Below, one piece after another: positions 16,940 through 25,162 of a stretch of 35,309 nucleotides of DNA. The notes under the pieces were generated by a model. The model did no database searches, was not told the origin of the DNA, and was given only the letters and a program-made list of their open reading frames with translations. This stretch comes from an uncultured bacterium (lineage in GTDB: Bacteria; JAJVIF01; JAPKYR01). The position numbers and the translations under genes were made by a program. The stretch is from positions 1 to 35,309 of the forward strand of contig CBDURU010000025.1 in NCBI GenBank assembly GCA_965369865.1, given 5' to 3'. Numbering within the stretch: the stretch's first letter is position 1; every line of letters starts with the position of its first letter.

Positions 16940-18837
16940 TGAGTGCCTCCCCATATCGCATTGTGAATAAACTCAAGTGAAGTTTTACCCTGGTTGATTG
17001 CCCTTGCGGGACAGGTGGCAATACATGTTCCGCATCCCTTGCAGGCAGAGATATCGATTCTGGAAACCAGGCCGTAATCCAGATCGGGTGAAATCCGCGG
17101 TGCTTTGTAGTCGCAGACATCTTCACATACCCCGCATCCCCGGCAATGTTCAGGAGTAACCTGGGCCGCAAAAAAGTTCACATCATCCGGGAAACCGACG
17201 GTTGTTTTCTCGCGTATGCTCCGGGCAATATCCACCGGTATGCGGATAATAACTTCGTTCCCATGTTCATCTGTCGCGGTACCACGCTTTCGATAACAGC
17301 TCGATACACAAACCGCGCATTCCTCGCACGGTCCGCAGAAAAGGCACCGCCTGGCTTCATGAGTCGCTTCCCACATCGTGAAAGGCAATTCTGCTTCGAG
17401 AAAATCGGCTTTACGTTCGTTTACCGGACGTACTTCCGGACGGAAGAATTCAGATGGGGTGTCGGATGGGTTACCCACTTCCCAGCCTGAGACCTTAACC
17501 GGAGTTGAAAGGGTTCCGATAATTCCCGTTTCCCCCTTGATATAACGGTTAATGCCAATTGCCGCGCGATGCCCGAGCGCGACCGCTTCGACAACCGATT
17601 TCGGTCCGGAAACCACATCCCCTGCCGCGAAAATTCCCGGGAGCCCTGTGCCCATCGTATCGAGATCAACGTCGACAGTTCCCCATGTATGGTGGCTCAA
17701 TTTACCCCAAGGTGTATCGGGCACAAAATATGCCGCGTCGATTACCGTATCGCATGCTATAATTTTTTCCGATTCCGGGTTCGGGACATAAGCCTCCCGA
17801 CCTGTGTGATCCGAGTCACCTGGTTCAAGGTTAATTATTTTGATGCCGGAAACATATTCGTTTTTACTTTCAATTGAAATTGGCCGGGTCAGCTCGTGAA
17901 TTATGACCCCTTCTTCCTCCGCTTGTTTTATATTCGTGTGATCGGGCTGCAGGTGATCTTTTTTACACGGGACAAGCCAGTGGACTTTTTTACTCCCCCG
18001 GCGGATCGCAGTCCTCGCGCATGCAAGTGCCTGGACACCCGATCCCAGCACAACAACTGTCTCTGGCTTATAACCATTTTTACCGTTGCCGTCCTCGCGG
18101 TTCTGTTTCATAAATTCAACAGCACCGGTAACCCCCTCGAGCTGTCCACCGGGAATCCACCCTGGACCGCTAAGGCCTTTCCATCGTGCAGGCGCTCCGG
18201 TCGCGAGCAGGACCGCATCAAAACCATCAGATAACAAGCTGGCAAGGCCTGTTTCATCATGGATTGCCTGTCCGCATTTTATTGTAACACCGAGATCCGT
18301 AATTCGTTCGATATCGCGGTTCACCGCACTCGAAGGTAGCTGAAATTCGGGAAGGACCTGTGTCAGCATACCGCCCGGTTCGGTTTCCTTCTCGAAAACC
18401 GTCACGCTGTGCCCCATAAGGGCAAGGTCGTGCGCTGCGGTGAGTCCGGCAGGACCACTCCCGATAATCGCGATTTTGTTTCCGGTCGGTGGAGGAAGTT
18501 CGGGAAGCGGTGCGACTTCACCCTTCCGGGATTCGTACTCCGAGACAAACCGCTTGAGATGCATGATCGCGATCGGTTCGTCGATGTCGCCGCGTATACA
18601 TTCGTTTTCGCACGGGTGAAGACATACCCGTCCGCATGCCGATGGGAAAGGCATATGCTTCCGGATGGTTGCCAGTGCCCCCGAATAATTACCGTCGGCT
18701 ATCTGGCCCACGTAACGCTTTACGTCAATACCCGCGGGACATGCGCGTCTGCATGGAGATTCCTGTACCGGTTGAAATTCAAGCTCACGCCCGGCAATTT
18801 TCACCATGATCGTGCGTCTGTCCCCGGCGGCTGTCAC
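16936..18837 (-). CDS. GltD/NfnB-like flavoprotein with extra ferredoxin domains (reduced HdrL/HdrA-like)
   Basis: PCRRACPAG, CGRVCLHPCENEC, IIGSGPAGL, FAAGD; then CLFCGPCEECAVCVSSC and C-terminal 2x[4Fe-4S] (CRGCGVCEDVC, CKGCGTCIATCP). Confidence 0.85.
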   Translation of the reverse strand: MTAAGDRRTIMVKIAGRELEFQPVQESPCRRACPAGIDVKRYVGQIADGNYSGALATIRKHMPFPSACGRVCLHPCENECIRGDIDEPIAIMHLKRFVSEYESRKGEVAPLPELPPPTGNKIAIIGSGPAGLTAAHDLALMGHSVTVFEKETEPGGMLTQVLPEFQLPSSAVNRDIERITDLGVTIKCGQAIHDETGLASLLSDGFDAVLLATGAPARWKGLSGPGWIPGGQLEGVTGAVEFMKQNREDGNGKNGYKPETVVVLGSGVQALACARTAIRRGSKKVHWLVPCKKDHLQPDHTNIKQAEEEGVIIHELTRPISIESKNEYVSGIKIINLEPGDSDHTGREAYVPNPESEKIIACDTVIDAAYFVPDTPWGKLSHHTWGTVDVDLDTMGTGLPGIFAAGDVVSGPKSVVEAVALGHRAAIGINRYIKGETGIIGTLSTPVKVSGWEVGNPSDTPSEFFRPEVRPVNERKADFLEAELPFTMWEATHEARRCLFCGPCEECAVCVSSCYRKRGTATDEHGNEVIIRIPVDIARSIREKTTVGFPDDVNFFAAQVTPEHCRGCGVCEDVCDYKAPRISPDLDYGLVSRIDISACKGCGTCIATCPARAINQGKTSLEFIHNAIWGGTQ

Positions 18838-19622
18838 GATGCGTCACCTCCACCGGGTTCATCGATACAAACTTCTGCCATGAAAACAGGATGCTCGAAA
18901 CCCTCCATCGAGGCAAGTTCAGTGAATTTCTGGTCGATATCGCATCGCCAGCAGCGGTAGCTGTTCGCGCAGACCCCGCCGGGATAGAAGCCCATAAGGG
19001 TGTAACGGCACGGACGGATATCGCCATGGCGCGATTTTAAAATTTCGGTTTTCAATCCCTCCATTTTCATCGCGGTTGTCGGACATACCGATGAGCATGC
19101 TCCGCAACCGATGCATGATTCAGGATTCTCCATGAAAGGCGTGCAGATATCGCGCTCCGGACCACGGCTCATGAATCCAAGCGCCCTTGCTCCGACAACT
19201 TCATCGCATACACGTACACACAGTCCACACAGAATGCAGTCATCGCCGCCGGATTTCTGCGGCTGGAATCGCGAACTCATTACTCCATGTTTCCTGGCAA
19301 ACTCTACAATCGCGGGTTCTATAGGGCAGCGACCGAGTAACGCTTCGATCGACATTTTCCGGATTTTCCGGACGTCCCTGCCTTTGGTGTCGATCACATC
19401 TCCATTTTCGACAGGATAATTACATCCGGTGACGAATTTTGATTTACTACCCCAGGAAACCTTGACCATGCAGACCCGGCAGACCCCGTAAGGCTCAAGG
19501 CGGTCGTGATGGCAGAGCGTTGGGATTGTGATTCCTTCACGATTGAGGACATTGATCAGGAATTCGCGGTCCTCAGCTTCGACCTTTTTATTGTCGATAG
19601 TTATTTCAATGCGGTCAGGCAT
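18834..19622 (-). CDS. NuoG/HydA N-terminal-like Fe-S subunit lacking a catalytic domain, with a C-terminal 4-Cys domain
   Basis: IPTLC..CRVCMV..GC, CILCGLCVRVC, CIGCGACSSVCP, then CRY...C..SYRCWRCD; ATG 19622 overlaps the nuoF stop. Confidence 0.85.
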   Translation of the reverse strand: MPDRIEITIDNKKVEAEDREFLINVLNREGITIPTLCHHDRLEPYGVCRVCMVKVSWGSKSKFVTGCNYPVENGDVIDTKGRDVRKIRKMSIEALLGRCPIEPAIVEFARKHGVMSSRFQPQKSGGDDCILCGLCVRVCDEVVGARALGFMSRGPERDICTPFMENPESCIGCGACSSVCPTTAMKMEGLKTEILKSRHGDIRPCRYTLMGFYPGGVCANSYRCWRCDIDQKFTELASMEGFEHPVFMAEVCIDEPGGGDAS

Positions 19623-21477
19623 TTTGTTTCTGTTTAGCAATCGCGTCGAATTTGCATGCCTTGTAGCATTCATTGCATTTGATACAAAGCAGGCGATCGA
19701 TCGAATGCGGTTTGTCTTTCACACCGGAAACTGCACCGGTAGGGCACACGACTGCGCATTCAGCGCATCCGGTACATTTTTCCTCTATAACGCGATATTC
19801 AATCAATGCCCGGCATACTCCGGCAGGGCATTTCTGCTGGGAGATATGATCGATGTACTCATCACGAAAATACCGGAGTGTGGACAACACCGGGTTTGCA
19901 GCCGACGTTCCTAACGCACACAAACTCCCGGCTTTCATCCACTCACCGATTTCCTCGAGGTAGTCCAGATCCCTGGTTTCACCCTCGCCCTTTGTAATTC
20001 GCTCAAGAATCCTGTCGAGTTCCTTCAAACCTTCGCGACATGGTGTGCATTTACCGCATGATTCCAGTTCCTCGAATCGAATGAAATGCAGGGCAAGATC
20101 CACCATGCAGGTATCTTCATCCAGTACAATAATCCCGCCGGCACCGAGCATGCTTCCCGCTTCATCAAGAGAATCGAAATCCAGCGGCAAATCGAGTAGA
20201 GATTCCGGAAGGCATCCACCCGATGGACCCCCGGTCTGGACGGCCTTGAATTTTTTACTCCCTGGAATTCCACCGCCGATGTCCATGATCAGCGTTCTCA
20301 GCGTTGAATCCATCGTGATCTCAACCAGGCCGGGATTTTCGATGTTCCCAACCAGGCTGAAAACTTTAGTTCCCGGACTGCCGTTTGAGCCAAGGTTACT
20401 GAACTTTTCAGCTCCTTCAAGAATTATTCCGGGTACATTCGCCCATGTTTCGACATTGTTCAAAACAGTCGGTTCGTTATGGTAACCATGTACGACCGTG
20501 TGAATGTATTTTGCGCGCGGTTCGCCGGGTTTACCTTCCAAAGAGGCCATCAAAGCGGTCGATTCACCGCATACGAACGCCCCACCACCCCGGTTTATCG
20601 CGATATCGAAATCAAAACTGGAACAAAGGATATTTTCACCGAGAAGCCCCCATTCGCGAGCCTGATCTATCGCATTGGTTATACTGGCAAGGGCATGCGG
20701 ATATTCGTTCCGGACGTATACATAACCGCGATTTGCGCCGACCGCGAAAGCTCCAATTATCATTCCTTCGACAACAAGGTGAGGATTTCCTTCGAGGATG
20801 CTCCCGTCCATGAACGCGCCCGGATTCCCCTCATCGGCATTACAGATGACCCACTTATGATCGCCCGGTGCTTTTACTGCCGAGGACCATTTTCGGCCCG
20901 TCGGGAAACCTCCTCCTCCCCTGCCCCGGAGTCCGGCCTTACTGATTTCATCGATTATCCCGGACGGCTCCAGATTAAAAAACGCTTTCCCCAGAGCCTG
21001 GTAACCGCCTGTCGAGATATAGTCCCTGATATCCGATGGATCGATTTTGCTGTTGTTTCCTGTAAGAAGCCGGTTCTGTTTCGAATAGAACGGAATGTCG
21101 GACTCCTTCTCAACCGCCTTATCAGTCGCTGGATCGCGGTACAAATATTTACCTGCCGGCTTTCCTTTAATAACCGATTCCGTAATGATTTCCTTGATCC
21201 ATTCAGGTTTGACATTTGTATAGAAAAATTCCCCCGGACGTATGACCATCAACGGTCCCTGCCCGCAGAATCCCTGGCATCCCGTTACGATCAGGCGAAC
21301 CGATTCTGTCAGGTTTTGTCTATTCAATACTTTCTCGACAACCGGTATGAGACTTCGTGCTCCCGACGCCAGACATCCGGTGCCCCCGCAAATCGAGATG
21401 GTCGCGCTGAATTTACCGATCGCTTCTTTGAATTCCACTGCAACCCGGGCAAGTTCATGTACGGAGGAGATTTTCAT
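19615..21477 (-). CDS. nuoF: NuoF/HydB-like NADH-binding FMN subunit with N-terminal [2Fe-2S] and C-terminal 2x[4Fe-4S]
   Basis: CGGTGC, GCQGFC; GLRGRGGGGFPTG; NADEG.PGAFMD; GAFVCGE; GGPSGG; SCGKCTPCREG; two CxxCxxCxxxC. Confidence 0.93.
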   Translation of the reverse strand: MKISSVHELARVAVEFKEAIGKFSATISICGGTGCLASGARSLIPVVEKVLNRQNLTESVRLIVTGCQGFCGQGPLMVIRPGEFFYTNVKPEWIKEIITESVIKGKPAGKYLYRDPATDKAVEKESDIPFYSKQNRLLTGNNSKIDPSDIRDYISTGGYQALGKAFFNLEPSGIIDEISKAGLRGRGGGGFPTGRKWSSAVKAPGDHKWVICNADEGNPGAFMDGSILEGNPHLVVEGMIIGAFAVGANRGYVYVRNEYPHALASITNAIDQAREWGLLGENILCSSFDFDIAINRGGGAFVCGESTALMASLEGKPGEPRAKYIHTVVHGYHNEPTVLNNVETWANVPGIILEGAEKFSNLGSNGSPGTKVFSLVGNIENPGLVEITMDSTLRTLIMDIGGGIPGSKKFKAVQTGGPSGGCLPESLLDLPLDFDSLDEAGSMLGAGGIIVLDEDTCMVDLALHFIRFEELESCGKCTPCREGLKELDRILERITKGEGETRDLDYLEEIGEWMKAGSLCALGTSAANPVLSTLRYFRDEYIDHISQQKCPAGVCRALIEYRVIEEKCTGCAECAVVCPTGAVSGVKDKPHSIDRLLCIKCNECYKACKFDAIAKQKQNA

Positions 21478-21968
21478 GAATCAATCCCCCTGTCCTTGCG
21501 CAGGCTATTGAGAAGTTCCAGGACCTTCCGCCTTGTCATCCGCCCGTAATATTTTTCGTTGACCATCACTGTCGGACCGACAGCGCATCCGCCAAGGCAA
21601 TGAGCGCATTCCAGGGAGAACTCACCGTCGGGGGTCGTCTGCCCGGCATCGATCATGAGTTCTTCTTCGAACACACGGATGATATCGGCGCCATTTCTTG
21701 CATGGCAGGCTGTTCCCGCGCAAACCTGGAGGTGATGCCGTCCACGGGGTTCCAGCGAGAAGGCTTCATAGAAAGTCGCTACCGCCCATACCCGGTTGTA
21801 CGGGACATCCAGTTTTTCCGCGACATGTTTCAACGCCGGTAATGGAAGGTAATGCCACTCGGCCTGGATGTCCTGAAGTATCCCGATGAGGGCTTCAGGA
21901 TCGGCGCCGGAGCGTTCAATTATCCGGTCGACCAAGCTGGTATCGATTTCGTTTACTACTTCTTCCAT
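21474..21968 (-). CDS. nuoE: NuoE/HydC-like thioredoxin-fold [2Fe-2S] subunit
   Basis: VATFY..F, VCAGTACH, CLGGCAVGP. Confidence 0.93.
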   Translation of the reverse strand: MEEVVNEIDTSLVDRIIERSGADPEALIGILQDIQAEWHYLPLPALKHVAEKLDVPYNRVWAVATFYEAFSLEPRGRHHLQVCAGTACHARNGADIIRVFEEELMIDAGQTTPDGEFSLECAHCLGGCAVGPTVMVNEKYYGRMTRRKVLELLNSLRKDRGIDS

Positions 21969-22004
21969 AGCTTCCCGCGATCACGGTGTAGATAGTGGAA
22001 AGCA

Positions 22005-22034
22005 AGTATACTCTTCAGGGAAAATGGAATTCAA
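22005..22034 (-). promoter_or_regulatory. Possible sigma70 promoter for the redox operon
   Basis: TTGAAT-18 bp-TATACT on the minus strand, ~37 bp upstream of the nuoE start. Confidence 0.45.
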
Positions 22035-22063
22035 TAGGCCATGTAAAGTTTTATAATTGAATG

Positions 22064-22182
22064 AAATGGGGACTGGCACAGGTCAGGGGGCTCAGATCAG
22101 GGGACTGGCTCACAAATTTGCCGTCAATGTTTATCTCCCAAATCTCTCAGATCTACTAGGCAAATTTGAGTGCATGTCCCCG
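22064..22182. repeat. REPIN-like element B (inverted copy of element A with a different 36-bp spacer)
   Basis: AAATGGGGACTGG half copy, then GGGGACTGGCTCACAAATTTGCC-N36-GGCAAATTTGAGTGCATGTCCCC. Confidence 0.8.
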
Positions 22183-22335
22183 TTCTTCGAATTAAGTTTT
22201 TAGCAAATTTGCCTATTCCATAATTTCGTTTATTCGATTATAATTAAGATTATTAATCCATTCATTTCAGCCCGTCCTTAAACTCGACTCGAATTAATTT
22301 TTTTGTTCGAAACACTATGACAGAGAGCTGAAAAA

Positions 22336-24798
22336 ATGAGATTCCTTCAGATCGGTGCAATCGTTTTATTCCTTCTACTGCAGGGTTGCGGAAGTAAGTC
22401 AAACCCGGTTACAACTCCAACCAGTCCAACGGATACCCCATCCCATCTTACCGATTCACAAACAACGGTCCCCACCAACCGCTATATGTGGGGAATCTGG
22501 GACGTGCGCATCTCCGATGACCACACCACTGTCGAAATTATCCCCGACCGAAGCTCCACGATGCATTTCAACGCAGTCAGGCTGATGGAGGAAGTTCCAT
22601 GCACGACCTGTATAGCAATTTTTATCAAACAGTTTATCCCGCCTGATATTCTGTCCGTTGATTTCAGGCTCCAGCACCCTTTTCCTGCTCCCATGAACCT
22701 TAGCGCCTTCGATTTAAGAGGAATCCTCATCAATGGTGCCGACTATACGTTTCCAGCAAACAACCGCTCTGTCGGTATGGGAAAGAGTAAATTGGTTCTA
22801 CTAAATCCGGACGGTTACACATCGCTATTCAATCCAACAGAATTCCCCGAAGATTCAGGCATGCCTCCAATTCTGAGATATTATCCAGGCAAACTCAGGA
22901 TGGACGGTGATCTTTCGTCAACGCTGAATCCATTTATCGCATATTCAAAGGACCTTCCAAGGCGGGTGTTTTATGCAGGGTCGGCAGAAACCAGGAATAT
23001 CCAGGTTCGCCTTCCGGATGGACCGATCGAGTTTGGCTATGCTGTCGATGTAAGCTGGATGCCTGTTGAAAATGTAGAGGACCCGATTGTCGATTTCCCG
23101 CCCGAGGCCAATTGTGTTGAGGCTTACAGGATCGACCTTCCGGATTACATTCAGGTTTCCGCTGGTGAGATGTCGGAAATCACGGTGGAGATTTTCGATC
23201 ACCAGAGTTATGAAACTATCTCGTTGGTAACTCTTGAAGCGCCTGAAATTTTTTCGGGTGTGATTCCGTTTGATTATATTGAACCGACCGGGATTGAGAG
23301 CTGCACATATTCTGGCGAGATCACGAATGAGCTAAATGCGGATTTAGGAAATTATCCGTTGCTTATCAGGGTGACCGATAAATTCCTGGATGATAATCAC
23401 GGCCAGGTCGACGCGTGGCAGATCGGAGAAGTGACTGTAGTCGAAACACAAGGACCAATCTCTGGTTGGGCACGGACATGGGGTGGCATATTCTGGGATA
23501 GTGGCCGGGGAGTTGCCGCTGATGGCTCTGGAAATGTCTACGTTACGGGCTATTTCCAGGGTACAGTCGATTTCGATCCCGGGGGTGGTGATCCTCACAC
23601 CGCGAATGGTCATCACGATGTCTTCCTGAGCAAATTCGATTCATCGGGTAACTTCGAATGGGCGCGTACCTGGGGTGGTTCACCCAAAGATCAAGGCTAT
23701 GGAGTTGCCGCTGACGGCTCCGGGAATGTCTACGTTACAGGCTATTTCCGGATCACAGCCGATTTCGACCCGGATGGAGGCGATCCGCGCATATCGAATG
23801 GTGGTTATGATGTCTTCCTGAGCAAGTTCGATTCGTCGGGTAACTTCGAATGGGCGCGGACCTGGGGTGGAATACGATGGGATCAAGGTAATGGAGTTGC
23901 CATTGATGGCTCTGGGAATGTCTACGTTACGGGTTATTTTAGCGAAACAGTCGATTTCGACCCCGGCGGTGGAGATCCGCACACCTCGAATGGAAGTAAC
24001 GATGTCTTCCTGAGCAAGTTCGATTCATCGGGTAACTTCAAAGGGGCGCGGACCTGGGGTGGATCCGACAATGATAGAGGTTATGGAGTTGCCGCTTTTG
24101 GCTCCGGGAATGTCTACGTTACAGGCGTTTTCTCTGACACAGTAGATTTCGACCCAGGTGGAGGCGATCCGCACACATCGTTTGGTGGTTGGGATGTATT
24201 CCTGAGCAAATTCGGTTCTTCGGGTAACTTCGAATGGGCACACACATGGGGAGGATCGGACAGTGATAGAGGCAATGGTGTTACCGCTGACGATTCCGGG
24301 AATGTCTATGTTGCGGGGGAATTTTGGGACACAGTTGATTTCGACCCCGACGGAGGGGATCCTCACACATCGAATGGTGATTTGGATGTTTTCCTGAGCA
24401 AATTCGATTCATTGGGAAACCTCGAATGGGCGCGGACCTGGGGCGGGTTATATAATGATCGTGGCAAGGGAGTTGCCGCTGACGGTCCTGGGAATGTCTA
24501 TGTTACGGGGAGTTATTGGAAAACGCCTGATATCGACCCTGACGGCATTGTCTTCCTGAGTAGATTCAATTCATCGGGTGACTTCGAGTGGGCGCGGTCC
24601 TGGGGTTGCTCACTCCAGGATAAAGGCTATGGAGTTGCCGCTGATGGCTCCGGGAATGTCTACGTTATAGGACCCTTCGGTGACACAGGCGATTTTGCTC
24701 CAACCGACCCTCCCTGCAACGAGGATCCGGATGAACACACCTCGAATGGGTACTCTGACGTATACCTTACCAAATACCTCCCGGACGGTTGCTGGTAA
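22336..24798 (+). CDS. Lipoprotein with C-terminal 7-bladed SBBP-repeat beta-propeller
   Basis: Lipobox LLLQGC, Thr/Pro linker, seven WARTWGG..D.G.GVA.DGSGNVYVTG repeats. Confidence 0.88.
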   Translation: MRFLQIGAIVLFLLLQGCGSKSNPVTTPTSPTDTPSHLTDSQTTVPTNRYMWGIWDVRISDDHTTVEIIPDRSSTMHFNAVRLMEEVPCTTCIAIFIKQFIPPDILSVDFRLQHPFPAPMNLSAFDLRGILINGADYTFPANNRSVGMGKSKLVLLNPDGYTSLFNPTEFPEDSGMPPILRYYPGKLRMDGDLSSTLNPFIAYSKDLPRRVFYAGSAETRNIQVRLPDGPIEFGYAVDVSWMPVENVEDPIVDFPPEANCVEAYRIDLPDYIQVSAGEMSEITVEIFDHQSYETISLVTLEAPEIFSGVIPFDYIEPTGIESCTYSGEITNELNADLGNYPLLIRVTDKFLDDNHGQVDAWQIGEVTVVETQGPISGWARTWGGIFWDSGRGVAADGSGNVYVTGYFQGTVDFDPGGGDPHTANGHHDVFLSKFDSSGNFEWARTWGGSPKDQGYGVAADGSGNVYVTGYFRITADFDPDGGDPRISNGGYDVFLSKFDSSGNFEWARTWGGIRWDQGNGVAIDGSGNVYVTGYFSETVDFDPGGGDPHTSNGSNDVFLSKFDSSGNFKGARTWGGSDNDRGYGVAAFGSGNVYVTGVFSDTVDFDPGGGDPHTSFGGWDVFLSKFGSSGNFEWAHTWGGSDSDRGNGVTADDSGNVYVAGEFWDTVDFDPDGGDPHTSNGDLDVFLSKFDSLGNLEWARTWGGLYNDRGKGVAADGPGNVYVTGSYWKTPDIDPDGIVFLSRFNSSGDFEWARSWGCSLQDKGYGVAADGSGNVYVIGPFGDTGDFAPTDPPCNEDPDEHTSNGYSDVYLTKYLPDGCW
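23467..24780 (+). repeat. Intragenic 192-bp tandem repeats encoding SBBP blades
   Basis: Unit starts at 23467, 23659, 23851, 24043, 24235, 24427 (period 192) and 24589 (sixth unit 30 bp shorter). Confidence 0.92.
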
Positions 24799-24889
24799 TT
24801 AACCCCAAACCTGGCCACACGAATAAACTAATCCCCGAAAAAAAGGGAAAGCCACCAATTTATTTTCTTCAATACTTCAAATCCATCCC

Positions 24890-24977
24890 CATAACTACCG
24901 GTGGCCCCTCACATAACTACCGGTGGCCCCTCACATAACTACCGGTGGCCCCTCACATAACTACCGGTGGCCCCTCA
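24890..24977. repeat. Four exact 22-bp direct repeats CATAACTACCGGTGGCCCCTCA
   Basis: Copies at 24890, 24912, 24934 and 24956 with no spacers. Confidence 0.95.
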
Positions 24978-25077
24978 CTACGAGTTCCACGAGTTGGGAG
25001 GGCTAAAATCATCATATCTGTCAGCCTGCTCAGTGATTCGAAGCGGTATTTCTTATTTAATCATAGTTAATCACCTA

Positions 25078-25106
25078 TTGCCAAAATGACAGAAAGATGG
25101 TAAATT
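25078..25106 (+). promoter_or_regulatory. Possible sigma70 promoter for the M56 peptidase gene
   Basis: TTGCCA-17 bp-TAAATT with an extended -10 TG. Confidence 0.45.
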
Positions 25107-25162
25107 GTATCCTGTATTCTAGAATTTATCGCATCTAAGTGTATAAAGTAAACGTTAACTGA

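Noticed and set aside
20479..21549. 356-aa plus-strand ORF
   Set aside because: Antisense shadow of the well-conserved nuoF-like gene.
18834..21968. Respiratory complex I, [FeFe]-hydrogenase or formate dehydrogenase
   Set aside because: No membrane Nuo subunits, H-cluster motifs or molybdopterin domain are present.
23467..24780. Diversity-generating retroelement target
   Set aside because: No reverse transcriptase or non-coding template repeat is in the window, and differences between repeats are not restricted to adenines.
24890..24977. CRISPR array or plasmid iteron origin
   Set aside because: The repeats are contiguous with no spacers, and no cas or rep gene is in the window.
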